This document shows, piece by piece, positions 25,426 through 40,180 of a stretch of DNA of 64,000 bases; position 1 is the stretch's first letter; every line of letters starts with the position of its first letter. The translations under genes and the position numbers were made by a program. The DNA comes from Octopus sinensis (Eukaryota): NCBI RefSeq assembly GCF_006345805.1, contig NC_042999.1, positions 434,001 through 498,000 on the forward strand, read 5' to 3'. The notes below the pieces were generated by a model. That model worked only from the letters and a program-made list of their open reading frames with translations, was not told the origin of the DNA and did no database searches.

Positions 25426-26510
25426 GCTGACAGCGATTTGAAGCTATCGTCTGCATTGGACAATAGAAATGCTGACAGCGATTTGAAGCTATCGTCTGCA
25501 TTGGACAATAGAAATGCTGACAGCGATTTGAAGCTATCGTCTGCATTGGACAATAGAAATGCTGACCGCGATTTGAAGCTATACGTCTGCATTGGACAAT
25601 AGAAATGCTGACAGCGATTTGAAGCTATCGTCTGCATGGGACAATAGAAATGCTGACAGCGATTGAAGCTATCGTCTGCATTGGACAATAGAAATGCTGA
25701 CAGCGATTTGAAGCTATCGTCTGCATTGGACAATAGAAATGCTGACAGCGATTTGAAGCTATCGTCTGCATTGGACAATAGAAATGCTGACAGCGATTTG
25801 AAGCTATCGTCTGCATTGGACAATAGAAATGCTGACAGCGATTTGAAGCTATCGTCTGCATGGACGAGGAAATGCTGACAGCGATTTGAAGTAGCTATCG
25901 TCTGCATTGGACAATAGAAATGCTGACAGCGATTTGAAGCTATCGTCTGCATTGGAAATTAGAAACTGACAGCGATTTGAAGCTATCGTTGCATTGGACA
26001 ATAGAAATGCTGACAGCGATTGGAAGCTATCGTCTGCATTGGACAATAGAAATGCTGACAGCGATTTGAAGCTATCGTCTGCATTGGACAATAGAAATGC
26101 TGACAGCGATTTGAAGCTATCGTCTGCATTGGACAATAGAAATGCTGACAGCGATTTGAAGCTATCGTCTGCATTGGACAATAGAAATGCTGACAGCGAT
26201 TTGAAGCTATCGTCTGCATTGGACGATAGAAATGCTGACAGCGATTTGAAGCTATCGTCTGCATTGGACAATAGAAATGCTGACAGCGATTTGAAGCTAT
26301 CGTCTGCATTGGACAATAGAAATGCTGACAGCGATTTGAAGCTATCGTCTGCATTGGACAATAGAAATGCTGACAGCGATTTGAAGCTATCGTCTGCATT
26401 GGACAATAGAAATGCTGACAGCGATTTGAAGCTATCGTCTGCATTGGACAATAGAAATGCTGACAGCGATTTGAAGCTATCGTCTGCATTGGACAATAGA
26501 AATGCTGACG
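25426..26510. repeat. 45-bp minisatellite, about 24 copies
   Basis: Unit AATGCTGACAGCGATTTGAAGCTATCGTCTGCATTGGACAATAGA repeated head-to-tail without spacers; rare indels and substitutions. Confidence 0.97.
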
Positions 26511-26514
26511 CATA

Positions 26515-26742
26515 TATACTCTTTTACTCTTTAACTCTTTTACTACTTTCAGTCATTTGACTGTGGCCATGCTGGAGCACCGCCTTTAGTCGAGTAAAAT
26601 CGAACCAGGATTTATTCTTTGTGAGCCTAGTACTTATTCTATCGGTCCCTTTTGTCGAACCGCTATGTTACGGGAACGTAAACACACTAGCATCGGTTCT
26701 CAATCGATGTTGGGGGAACAAACACAGACACACATGCACACG

Positions 26743-26760
<18 letters not shown>
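26515..26760 (-). mobile_element. SINE family D, 3' half
   Basis: Family match. Confidence 0.82.
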
Positions 26761-26787
<27 letters not shown>

Positions 26788-26806
26788 AAACACACACACA
26801 CAACAC

Positions 26807-26854
<48 letters not shown>

Positions 26855-27635
26855 CACACACATATATATGTATATATGACTAATAGGGTTTTTGAAGTTA
26901 TCCGTCGAAATGTTGCTCATGTGGCTTTAATAATTCATTATTTCAATAAATGTTATAATGTTATGATGGTTTTCTGTTAAATATATACTCAATGTATGCT
27001 TGATATGTATCACTACCCTTCATTTTCTGAAAAATAATTCTAGATGGGCTATTTTCATTCAAAAGCAATCAGTGTGGTTCACCTACAAACTGAAGAATCT
27101 GATATGAAAAAGAACGGACGTTACACAGAATAATGAAAACATAACAATGGTGTTGCCATAGTCTGTAAACCAGCTGGGAAAATTTTTGTTAAAATCGATT
27201 CCCAGAAAACAGGAAAATACAACGTTTCACCCCTAAGCTATTAGCGTGGTTCTGGGTGTACATCTGTGTGTATATAATAAAATTGCCACAGCCAGTGAAA
27301 GTTTTAAAATGCCATTGATACAAGATAGAAAGACAGCTAATCCTATTTCGATTAATAGTGTCCTTGGAAGAGAGGATTAAGGAAGTTCAAGAGAGAAAAA
27401 GAACTGAGAGACAAGAGTTGGTAGAGGACTTCCTAGACAATGAGTGGATAAAGTAGTGTTTTTCAGCAGAGGTTGGCAGTTTAGGACTTGCAGGTTGAAC
27501 ACTGAGTAAACCTTATGGAACTTTGAGCCTGAAAGCAATATGCAAAATAGTTATCAAGAAAAACATAAGGGCTGCAAAGAAAATATACACTTAGGCGGCT
27601 CTTAATGAAAAAGGTGGTTGCTGGGTCAGTAGAGT

Positions 27636-27864
27636 GCCGCGAGCTGGCAGAAACGTTAGCACGCCGGGCGAAATGCGTAGCCGTATTTCATCTGTCGATA
27701 CGTTCTGAGTTCAAATTCCGCCGAGGTCGACTTTGCCTTTCATCTTTTCGGGGTCGATTAATTAAGTACCAGTTACGCACTGGGGTCGATGTAATCGACT
27801 TAATCCCTTTGTCTGTCCTTGTTTGTCCCCTCTGTGTTTAGCCCCTTGTGGGTAGTAAAGAAAT
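27636..27864 (+). mobile_element. SINE family C
   Basis: Family match. Confidence 0.88.
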
Positions 27865-27874
27865 ATATATATTA

Positions 27875-28025
27875 GGCGCAGGAGTGGCTGTGTGGTAAGT
27901 AGCTTGCTAACCAACCACGTTCCGGGTTCAGTCCCACTGCGTGGCATCTTGGGCAAGTGTCTTCTGCTAATGCCTTGTGAGTGGAGTTGGTAGACGGAAA
28001 CTGAAAGAAACCTGTCGTATATATG

Positions 28026-28068
<43 letters not shown>

Positions 28069-28294
28069 ATGTGTGTGTATGCGTTTGTGTGTCTGTGTTT
28101 GTCCCCCTAGCATTGCTTGACAACCGATGCTGGTGTGTTTACGTCTCCGTCACTTAGGGGTTCGGCAAAAGAGACCGATAGAATAAGTACTGGGCTTACA
28201 AAGAATAAGTCCCGGGGTCGATTTGCTCGACTAAAGGCGGTGCTCCAGCATGGCCGCAGTCAAATGACTGAAACAAGTAAAAGAGTCAAAGAGT
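27875..28294 (+). mobile_element. SINE family D, near full length
   Basis: Head ggcgcaggagtggctgtgtggtaag...gggttcagtccc, CORE-like ggcatcttgggcaagtgtctt, internal (TA)n(TG)n, and tail gaaacaagtaaaagagt. Confidence 0.9.
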
Positions 28295-28816
28295 ATATAT
28301 ACAGGTGTAATAAAGATAACGATAGGTTGGGTCGCCTAAATAAGTGTCTATATTAAAGACCCGAAACACCCAGTGCCACCAGAATGCAACAATGACGACA
28401 TGTTCAAGTATTACATTTGCAGATATACGTTGAACAAACAGAGAAATGTCCATACATCTTTCTTCCGTAGTATAATCTATATATTTCCTCACAAAAAATA
28501 CTGCAATACATTTGTGAGACTGCAAATTTCGCGTAAAGTGCTGAAGAAAACAATTAACTCCTTTCGACATCGAGAATTTTAGTTCTTTGATCTAAGTCTT
28601 TTTTAGTTTTTTACTCTTTTGTATTGATTCCTTTTTTCTTAACTTATTGTATAACTGTTTTGTTCTTCTTATAAAATTGTATTTCTGCCTATCTCTTATA
28701 GTTATTATTCATTATTTTTTTATATATATAAATCGCAATAACTTTGTTACTCGCCTAAAGTAGCAGGAATAACTTTTTAACCACCATTTTTTTCGTCGTT
28801 GGATTGAATCGAACAG

Positions 28817-28853
<37 letters not shown>

Positions 28854-30614
28854 ACACACACACACACACACCACACACTCAAACACACACGAATACAGAA
28901 AAGAACACACTCACACACAGAGACATATATATATATATACTTTATTTAAAAGCATTGCTTTTAAATAAAGCATATTACTCTACCTCGGGTATCTGAGTAC
29001 TCTTTTTCCACCTTGTTTCACATTTATGTGCTTACTCCGGTATAATAATAATAATAATAATAATAAAAACATTGTGTACAGTGCTCAGGTGCACTACAAC
29101 TCATCTAAAGTGTATGTATAATCAGGTGTAGTTTCGGCGGATTTCGGAAAGCATGAGGGCCTTAAAGGATGCAGTGTCATGGCAGTCAACAACTGTATGT
29201 ATGTATGTATGTATGTATGTATGTATGTATGTATGTATGCATGTATGTATATTCAAACATAAAAATAGTCAGGCATTAACTAGGGTGTTTTCAAGATATT
29301 TTATTAGAGTATCAAATATATGTTTGCATGAACAAGCTTGATAGTGATTTAGAAGTTCTGCCGTGTGTCGTCTTCGTCAGCGTGTCTCACGAACTTCACA
29401 CATAGCAAAACTGCTTAGTATTTGTCAGAATGTAAAATATTTTTCCTTTGTAAAAACCTATACCCACCTACACTCATTCAGGAAAAATTGTGAAGCATAT
29501 ATTGAGCGCTACGTTATGAAAGTATTCTATTTCGGGTGAGCCAATTTCGGAAGTGATAATATGTGTATGTGAGCGTGTGTATGTGTATTCTTGCAATATC
29601 AAATATGTCTTTCTTTCTTTTGAAAATTTTGCTCCCTTTCTAGCATGTTGATACACAACAGAGAGAAACTTATTTGGTTTGTCAAATTTAAGTGTTACGC
29701 GTTTATTATTTATGTAATGCTACAATTGTTTATAAAATACGGTTAACATTGGAAGTTTGAAAATTTTCGAATTATTTCTGTTTTTGGTGTAGTGTATTTG
29801 TTGGTGGTGTTGGGACATTCATTCTTCCCTTGGAGTTTGTGTTTATCGCTAGGTTTCCGGGGATGTATATGATAATTTCTTACTTTGGTAACTGCGGTAA
29901 ATTCGTATTGCTTTCAGGTATAATGTATGTAGTGCTACATTATATAACATGTACTCTTCCAGTTGACTGTTCAGAAATTAGGTTGTTGTTTAATAACACT
30001 CATATCCATCTTTCTAGCAAATGTGGGCAACACTATAGAGGCTTCTTCATTTCATTATGGCGTGGTGTATTGACTTTTGTGTTAATGTATTTGTTACTCA
30101 TAACTTGTGCTTCTTACTAATAAGATATCTGTCTTTGGTAAGGTGTCTTCGTTTACAACGAAACGTTCCATTTGTAGATTATGTATCTCTTAGGTTCAAC
30201 GCGAATCTAATTATCAACACCTTCGAATCTGAAGAATCCGTTCGTGTGGCAGGTACGAAATTTTCCGTCATTTCGAGTTTTGTGATTTCCCTCTTTATTT
30301 ACACTTTATTTAGCATCAATATGATTATTCACTAATCAGTATTAATAGAATAATTCATTATTCACTATTAACGTCACTATTCACTCTTCAGTATTAATAT
30401 AAATATTTATTGTACCGTAATTAATAATGGCAAACAAATGACAGCAATAAGAAAGGCTTGGAGAAAACTTGCCTCCGGGCGGTTTTCTCCTTGTCAATAT
30501 GATAATGACACATATTTATCTCTCTCTCTATATATATATGTGTGCGTATTTATATCTCTGTGTGTGTTTGTACACACACATACAGACATGCACTCAAAAG
30601 TACAAACGTACTCC

Positions 30615-30640
30615 TCTCTCTATCTATCTATCCATCCATC

Positions 30641-30687
<47 letters not shown>

Positions 30688-30695
30688 CATCCATC

Positions 30696-30773
<78 letters not shown>

Positions 30774-30783
30774 TGTCTGTCTG

Positions 30784-30816
<33 letters not shown>

Positions 30817-30862
30817 GTATCTATTGTCTTTATATGTACGTGTGTCTGTGTATGCGTGTACA

Positions 30863-30914
<52 letters not shown>

Positions 30915-30915
30915 C
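30615..30915. repeat. Compound (TATC)n/(TGTC)n/(TG)n microsatellite
   Basis: Direct inspection. Confidence 0.95.
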
Positions 30916-31800
30916 GTATAAGTTGCTACGTAGCATCAAGGTGCTACATTTTCTAATACAACTTCTCCTAGCTTAAGTCTGTTGGTTATGATTTGAAAGA
31001 CACTTGTCTTCCATATCAAGCGGGTCGCATTCCTGTACTTAGTCCTTCTTTCGCTGTCTCCATAAACCTTCTATTTATTAGTGAAGCGCCAGACTAAGTT
31101 GTAAATATAAACATCTGTACCGAATGCTATCTCACTGTTTCTATATCATTAAACACCGGTTATTTGTTCAATACAATATTTATTTACGAACTGTTTATGA
31201 GAACTTTAGCTGTTTACATTTTTGCTGCTTACAGCGAATGGAAATACATCGCAATTGTTGTGTGTTTACCAAACCTTGGCATGTTTGATGGTAAAACTGT
31301 TTTGTGTTAAGAAGAATGTTTGCAAAACTACAATACGTCTGTTCTATTATTTACATAAATGTATTGATTTCCGACAAATTTAAAACATGTGAAACAGAGG
31401 TGTGAAGTTGAATAGAATGGCAACTAAAGTTTTATATTCTAGGTTTATCATTTGGAATGGGGTATTATCTTCTTTACTACAAGTTAATATATATTCGGTT
31501 TTCTATTGTAATGGTTATTATAATGTGTTTCTGTTCATAGACCCAAATCACTACACAAATACATCTGTGTTTCCATATATTTATAATATTAAACAGTTTT
31601 TACATTATGTACGTTTAAAGTTTATTTGAATTATGCAGCTGAACATTGCTGTAATAGTGTATGTAACACTTAAAAGATTTACAATATGGAAAACAAAGAG
31701 AATCTGATTAGTTAATACTGCTATGATATGTGTCCATTATGATAGATATAAACAAAAGAGAACTAAGCAGATTATTAGATAGAATGAAAGGATATATATA

Positions 31801-31847
<47 letters not shown>

Positions 31848-32033
31848 TAACAATAAGGGTTTAGCAACAAGTTGCTTGACCACATACCGAAACTTTTACC
31901 GAATAACATTAATATTTCGAATATGGTCCTTTTCCATACCGAATAACTACAAGGTGAAATTTGTTGATTTTATTAAATTAATAAGTTTTCACCCTATATC
32001 TGTAGTGATTATATATATATATATATATATATA

Positions 32034-32418
32034 GTGGAGGCGCAATGGCCCAGTGGTTAGGGCAGCGGACTCGCGGTCATAGGATCGCGGTTTCGATTCC
32101 CAGACCGGGCGTTGTGAGTGTTTATTGAGCGAAAACACCTAAAGCTCCACGATGCTCCGGCAGAGGATGGTGGTGATCCCTGCTGTACTCTTTCACCACA
32201 ACTTTCTCTCACGCTTACTTCCTGTTTCTGTTGTACCTGTATTTCAAAGGGCCGGCCTTGTCACTCTCTGTGTCACGCTGAATATCCCCGAGAACTACGT
32301 TAAGGGTACACGTGTCTGTGGAGTGCTCAGCCACTTACACGTTAATTTCACGAGCAGGTTGTTCCGTTGATTCGGATCAACCGGAACCCTCATCGTCGTA
32401 ACCGACGGAGTGCTTCCA
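32034..32418 (+). mobile_element. SINE family A, full length, in (TA)n
   Basis: A box tggcccagtgg and B box ggtttcgattcc; complete body. Confidence 0.92.
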
Positions 32419-32425
32419 AAAATCA

Positions 32426-32469
<44 letters not shown>

Positions 32470-33202
32470 CTGTGTGTGTGTTTGAGTGTGTCCGTGTTGA
32501 CATTGAAAGGTAAGGTTCACTTACTTTTTGTTGAATATGTATTTTCAGTGCATGTTATATCAGGGCAGAAAAGAGACGAGAGCACACACGAATGCGTGTT
32601 TAATCTGGTGTGGAGTTCCAACCGTCAACTTTTACAACCGTGGGCAAGACTTTCTAGAACATTCGAATTACAATTCAGCAGGAAGTTGACATAACTTTCT
32701 TTAATATTCACCGCCGTTAAATAATATAAGACATTCGATGGTAAATGACCGGTAAAAATAATTAGGCCGTGGTCCTTAGCTGGAAATCATAGCGAGGGCG
32801 TTCGAATCGAGGCAGAGATCTACTACACTATATGTTTGCAAAATATTTTCAATTTATATGTTTTGGCAAAAATCGAAATAGCTCAGTAGAGTTCTCATTT
32901 GGCCGAATATCTAACAGCCCTTGTTTCAGTTTTGGGTTTTGAAATATTATGTTCTTGAAATACAAGTCGAAATTTCTATAGATAAAGTGATGGAGGCAAA
33001 TAGAAAGAAAGCGTTTCTGTTATCATTCACTGTGTCATATTGTGATTGTGCTGTTATATTTTCTGTATGTTGTTGTAATTTCTTAACACTGGGCGACTCT
33101 TCTCATGCAGTCATATGCTTAATGATCTTCCTGCTTTTGTATGTTGATAACGATATTCTCTGATATGTCCTCTTTATCTGACGGTATAGTAGGCTTTAAG
33201 AA

Positions 33203-33622
33203 GGCGGCGGGCTGGCAGAATCGTTAGCACGCCGGGCGAAGTGCTTCGCGGCATTTCATCTGCCGCTACGTTCTGAGTTCAAATTCCGCCGAGGTTGATT
33301 TTGCCTTTCATTCTTTCGGGGTCGATTAAATAAGTACCAGTTACGCACTGGGGTCGATATAATCGACTTAATCCGTTTGTCTGTCCTTGTTTGTCCTCTC
33401 TATGTTTATCCCCTTGTGGGTAGTAAAGAAATAGGTATTTTGTCTGCCGCTAGGTTCTGAGTTCAAATTCCGCCGAGGTCGACTTTGCCTTTCATCCTTT
33501 CGGGGTCGATTAAATAAGTAGCAGTTACGCACTGGGGTCGATATGATCGACTTAATCCGTTTGTCTGTCCTTGTTTGCCCTCTCTATGTTTAGCCCCTTG
33601 TGGGTAGTAAAGAAATAGGTAT
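33203..33622 (+). mobile_element. SINE family C, dimeric
   Basis: Family match with the recurrent junction at ~33420-33445. Confidence 0.88.
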
Positions 33623-36600
33623 GGTATGCTTTACGAAAAAGGTGGTTACCATTGTAGTATATGGAGCTGCTATGTAGAGGCTCTTTTGCTTTGTATTGGC
33701 TATCTCATAGGCGCCTGGCGTTGCAGCGAGGGGAGAAAATGATAGAGAAAGACAGATATGAACTGAAAGAGCTGTATCCATTGCCCCATATATCACTGTT
33801 GAATATTGAAAAATGAGTCAGACTGCGCTATATTTATACACGAAGGAAATATCAAAGAAGTCCTGTCTAAGAATCAGTCGACTATGTATGTTCACTCTTG
33901 CGGATCTGGTCTTGCGCCATAACCGTAAAGCGCAATTTATTCTGATATTACCTGAAGCTGCTCGTATATTTAGTATTTTGTTATTGTTTGTAATTTTGTT
34001 ATTATGCTTGTAATATTATGTTTATAATGTAAATCCTCGTGTCTGGTTTCTTGGTTTTGTTTTATTTTTTTCTAATTTGTAGCCTGCTGCGTTTACATTG
34101 CTTAAATTAATTATGGGAACTTCCAAAGAAAACATATATTGCAATAAAACAAAAAAAAAACAAACAAAAATCAAAAACAAGACAAAAACAAATGAAAATA
34201 ATAATAAATTCATTAATATTCCTCTTTAGCTTTGACTAGAAGATGAAGAGTGTTTTGTGATTAAATTAAATTACAAACAATATTTAGTTACAAAATCTGA
34301 GATTGAAATCAATACTTTAGCAAAAGAGCGAAGATAATATTTTCAGTAGAACGAGTAAAATGATAAATTTATTTTATCAAAGCAAAAGAAAAAAAAGGGA
34401 AACAATATAATAAAAATAATGGCAATAATAATAATAATAATAATAACGATAATAGTACAGTACTCTATTCCAAGCAGAACACATTCATTGATTGCTGTTG
34501 AGATTTAAGTTGCTACTGTGTGTGTATTGTTTTATTTTAATCCAGATCAGTAATTTAGAAATTTATAACAGGATTATTATTATTATCATACTGCAAAGTT
34601 AAATATTTGTTTGATATAATCAAATAAACTCTGCTTAAAAAAACATCAAAATAATAAAGTTATATCATGCACGGCTACCGATTTAACAAACACGTCAACA
34701 TTGCTTTCTATGCTTCTAAGATAAAAGAGTTACATTTTAAACAATTATAATTAGCATATAAAAAACTTTATACGGTAATCAATATGGGTGGGTGGATTTA
34801 GTACTTGAATTAAAAGAATAGCATCTAACTTTGTTGTTAACTTTGTCATCAAGTCAAACGATAATAACCATTTCTCCTCCTGAATTTCACCAGCAACCAC
34901 ACAAAAGAGAAAAATGGCTGATTCCAGTTGGATATTACGACCCATCTTTCAATGACATGCCATCTTTATTGCTAGACAGCTTTAAAAGATTGGTTTTGTT
35001 TTTCAGGTTAAAATAATTCTATTAAAAACGAACGAAGAAAAGACAAATAAGGTAAAAGAATATTTTTATCATAATAACATCCATAAAAATAACGTTAAAA
35101 ACAATTGATGACTGTTTCGTTAACAACGAACCTGAAAAAAATACGAAGAATAAGAAAGAGAGTGACTACGACGGCAAAACATAAAATCACTAAAAACCAG
35201 AACAGTCGTAATAAAGGCAAAGTTTTCGATAAGAGCAGCAGCTATCTTGTTGATATCGACGCCTACGTCAGCAGCAGCAACAACAAGAAAAACAACGACC
35301 ACGGAAAACAATAAAAACATTAAAACAGCAATAATGACAAAAATACATTATAAATTATAGAACACTGAACGTAGTGGACGATTTAAAAGAAACAAAAATG
35401 CAAATAAAAGAATAATTCATCATGCTAAGTAGGAAGAGAGAAAGTTATTGCAATTTATAATAACAAAATCATTAAATTTTAGAAGCAAACATCTAGATAA
35501 AAATGGCGGAATGGCAAGTTAGTGAGTGCTGAAATATAACAGAAAAATGTAGACTGCATAGTGACAATTACGTCGTAATTACCTATAACGCAGAGAGTTG
35601 CTTTCACGTCACAGATTGGTAGCCATGTTAACTAGAGTTGGTGTAGAAATAACTTTGCTTATTATTTTTTAAAAAATATTTTATGTTTAACTGCAGTTAT
35701 TAGCAACGCATTTTTAGATTCAATTTACTGGCTGTGTTTTTTTTTAAGAGAGAAAAACTATTTTTTAATCAAGATCAGTTAGGTCAATGGCCGTAGAAGA
35801 GATTAAATGGAATCAGATTACAAGATTTATGGAATGCTAGCCGACGTTTTTATGTTTTAGAATTCAAAAGATGTCAACGCTGCTTATCAGCCTTCAAGAA
35901 GTTTTCAAATTTATACCAGTAATTTACAAGTTTCAAATCAATAAACTATAGCCAACTTTTCTCCGACAAATCGCATTAAAGTCTAATAAAAAACAATATT
36001 ATGAAATATATAATGAAAATATGTTATATAGTGTGGGTAGCTAATTGTTTGAGTTGTGTCTCACGTTTATGAGTTTAAATGACGGCAAATAAAGTTTGAG
36101 GCTTTTTTCTCCATTAGATCGACAATAAAATTAACTACTATCATTATACAGGCATCAAAGTAAATAGTTATTTGAATCATACTGGCCATGGAAAAATACG
36201 AATTGTCTATTCTTTCTTTTGCAGTTCAGCACACTTTGAAATCCGTCATTTGTCACTCAACACCAACCATTTGTTACGATCATAGTTTAATGGGCTGTAA
36301 ACTTCACTGATTCCTTGAAGAGAGACTCCAAAAATATTCTCCAATACGAATAATGCAATCTTGTCTCCTTCACCAGCGCATGCATAGCACGGACGAAAAA
36401 CACTTATGTTTGCTACGAGCGATAATCTCCATTACCACAGAGGATTTATCGTGGCTTCATCAAATCTCAATAGAAAAGAATCACTTTCCTCTACAGAACT
36501 AGAAAATACTTCACTTCACCAACAATTACTAACGTTCTTCAAAGATCAAATGGAACTTGGATTGGAGTACCGCTTTCATATATGGCATAGTTGTGGCTAC

Positions 36601-37329
36601 AGATAGAGAATAATGAGACCACTAGACTAAACAGTGCTAACGTTCCTGCCAGCTCGCCGCTTTAATTTTATACTATTGGTGTCTTTTACCTCCATTACAT
36701 TTAATCTCCTCTCTCAGCATTAAATCACATATGAAAATACTTCATATTCTTGACTATAGACATTTTATATTTTGGAGTGAACTGTGCCCATCGGCGTTAG
36801 CTAACTTCTCGCCATTTTCCTTAAAACATTCGTAACTAACCTTCTCTCATCCGCCAAATTGTGTTCAACCTTCTCGCTCTGAGCGAAACATTGCTCCCTA
36901 TCATTCCTTACTATAAAGAAAATTCACTGAAACTCTTTTCCTGCCCAGCAATTAAGAACGGTTCATGAGAAATATTAACATGATAATCGCTTATAATCTA
37001 GGTGTGACAGCTCCTAGATTATAATCACGGGACAGTCACTTTTTCAGACCAACTACATAAAAAGGAGCGGAATTATGTTGTTAAGAATTTTGCTTTGGGA
37101 TTATATCGTCTTTGTGTCCAAACCTACAACGTATCGTTTAACATATGCAAGTGACTTCGATTATGACGTCAGAGCGATCAATGCATCTCAGAAGGAATTT
37201 CACAGCTGAAATCCATAATCCCGTCGTACCCTAAACATTCACTCACACATCATACATACATACATACATGCAACACCTGATTAGCAGCAGCTCAAAAATT
37301 TCATCTAGGTATTACCTAGATGACGTTAT

Positions 37330-38300
37330 CCTTAAAATAATATACGTTGTTACTCGAAAAAGACTACCCTGGCATTAATATAAAGTATACCCCTGTTCTG
37401 CCAGTAGACCTTCAAAATATTTCCTAAGCATTTCTTTTGAAACGCCTCCATTTTCTTTCCCATACTTTTCGTTGTTATCCAACATTCGGATCCACAGAGG
37501 AAGATGCTGAGTATGTTGCTTTTGTAGAATTGTAACTTGGTTCTCTTGCTGAAATTTGATAATTTCCATATTGAGTTTAACATACCGAATGGTTTTGCTG
37601 ATTCTTGTATTTATTTCACGAATGCAGTCTCCATCCATCATTATTTTGGGGCCCAGATAGCTATATACGTCAACATTTTCGATTGGTTTATCGTTCAAAG
37701 TCACATGGTTAGCAACTGTTACATTTTTATAAAGAGTGTAAGGTTTCTTCTCGATTTTGAGACTTATGGCGTTGGCTATTTGACTAAGTCTTTCAGATTT
37801 GTCTCATAAGTCTTGAGGGATGTATGAGAACAAGCAAATGTCGTCTGCATAATATACATCTTCTAGTTGAGTTGTGTTCCATTCTATACCTCGTTTATAT
37901 TCTGTCGTTCTTTGCATCAACCAATTCTCTGCCAATGAAAAAAAGATTGGTGATAACACGTATACTTGTTTGACACCGGTTTTGATTTCGAACGGATTAG
38001 TCAGTTTGTTGTTGTAATTCGACATTCGAAGTTTTCATAACGAATCATCTTCACTAATTTGTGTGGGAAACCATAGTGTCTGAGAATCTTCCAAAGTGTA
38101 TCTCGGCGAAGGATGTCGAAAGCTTTCTCAAAGTCAACAAACAGTATGCACAAACATGAGTTCCATTCATGGGATGGTTCGAGTATTTGGTGAATTACAA
38201 AAATATTGCCGATACATGATTTTTCCTCTCCTGAATCCTTTCCTTGGCGAAGTAATTGATCTGCTGCTGTTGTTGTTTCTTCATTGTTACCTTCTGATGT
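37330..38300 (-). pseudogene. Degenerate non-LTR (RTE-like) reverse transcriptase fragment
   Basis: Frameshifted minus-strand pieces: LFVDFEKAFD, FEIKTGVKQVYVLSPIFF, YYADDICL, YSYLGPKI, KLQFYKSNILSIFLCGSECW. Confidence 0.85.
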
Positions 38301-38342
38301 TAGGTATAGAATAAATATACATATTTCCAATTTTACACTATT

Positions 38343-38771
38343 TCTTAGTTATTTCTTTTTATTGCTCACAAAGAGCTAAACATGAAAGGAACAAACAAGG
38401 AGAGACAAATGGATTAAGTCGATTACATCGACCTCAGTGCGCAACTGGTACTTAATTTATCGAACCCGAAAGGATGAAAGGCAAAGTCGACCTCGGCGGA
38501 ATTTGAACTCAGAACGTAACGGCAGACGAAATGCCATTTCTTTACTGCCCACAAGGGGATAGATAAACACAGAGTGGACAAACAAGGTCAGACAAACGGA
38601 TTAAGTCAATTACATCGACCCCAGCGCGTAACTGGTACATAATTTATCGACCCCGAAAGAATAAAAGGAAAAATCAACCTCAGTGGAATTTGAACTCAGA
38701 GCCTAGCGGCAGACGAAATACAGCTACGCATTTCGCCCGGCGTGCTAACGTTTCTGCCAGCTCGCCGCCTT
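38343..38771 (-). mobile_element. SINE family C, dimeric, with 14-bp TSD
   Basis: AATTTTACACTATT at 38329-38342 and 38772-38785. Confidence 0.9.
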
Positions 38772-39615
38772 AATTTTACACTATTGGTGTCTTTTACCTC
38801 TCGTGTATTATTACATTTAATCTCCTCTCTCATCAAGTATTAATTGGTTATATCAACAAAATATTTGCTGTCCACAAAAGAAACAGTGTTGACATTTGGA
38901 ACACCAACTCCAAAGATCTTGAAGTCCTACCTGAAAGGTTCCACTACAGAAATCAATGAATCTTTAGTTCTGAAAGAGACAAGTGTTTTCCTATTGATTA
39001 CAGTTAAGTGGGAATGAGATTTTGTGGCGTCTGTGCCTGTCTTAAAGTAATTTTGGATGTTTAAGTAAAATACATTCGAGTGTGAATCGTAATCACTTTG
39101 CATATTGTTAATGACTAAAATTAAAGATTATTGATTTCATTTAAACTAAGTAAACAATGTCTCATTTGTTCTCATTGGTTTTTAGCCTCAGCTAAGTCCT
39201 GGTCAAGAAGACCAACAATTAAAGATATTGCAGTCGTGTTATTTCTGAGTTGTTTGGTTTCTACTTCTAGCAGGTTCAAGAAAATGCAGACCCTGTAGTT
39301 CATATATCAAGGGTTTTCATTGAATATATGTCATTCATGTAAAACCAGTATAAATAATTCAAAGGGTGAACTCGAAGAGGTGCAGCTTGTCATATGATTG
39401 ACGGTTCTTGAGACATTACTTTTTAAATAACTAAAAAGGATTTATATTGACAATTGTAACCTTAGCCGCGGTGTAAAGGCGCTTATTTTGCAACCAAGTA
39501 GTTTCCAGTTAAACCCCGATGAGATATCTAATGCCAGTGTCTTTATTTGTAACTTCAGATCGACTAATAACATCCCACTAAAATGTGATAGCCCGAAATT
39601 CCGAAGAAATCCATC

Positions 39616-39646
<31 letters not shown>

Positions 39647-39753
39647 TTAATAAGGGTGAGAGAATTAGATACATGGGAAACATGTATTTTTAGTGGTTGA
39701 AACCTTTTGGATTAACTGGTGCTAGAGTGAGCCATATAGTGACCACTCTCTTA

Positions 39754-40102
<349 letters not shown>

Positions 40103-40180
40103 GATCGCCATGTTGATTCGCTAGCTTCTGCACGCATTTTCTTTCTCTCCTTGTTTCTCTCCGCGTTTCTTTTCTGTGTA

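Noticed and set aside
25426-26510. 45-bp array as a CRISPR array
   Set aside because: Units are contiguous with no unique spacers, there are no cas genes, and the context is eukaryotic.
28286-28582. Overlapping 94-aa and 69-aa ORFs on opposite strands
   Set aside because: No motif; one runs into a SINE tail.
28940-28970. Perfect 15-bp-arm palindrome
   Set aside because: Short, AT-rich and probably part of a common repeat; not informative alone.
30194-30252. 59-bp AG/GT-bounded micro-exon (FNANLIINTFESEESVRVA)
   Set aside because: Such matches are expected by chance in 64 kb, and there is no supporting neighbour.
32034-32110. tRNA genes at SINE heads
   Set aside because: A and B boxes are present, but there is no complete cloverleaf and each continues into a repeated SINE body.
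34751-34945. Signal-peptide-like ORF MGRNIQLESAIFLFCVVAG with a possible donor (minus strand)
   Set aside because: Short hydrophobic stretch, an upstream out-of-frame ATG and no linked exon; chance is likely.
35105-35320. K/N/T-rich ORFs
   Set aside because: Low-complexity AAC/CAG-rich DNA with no domain signal.
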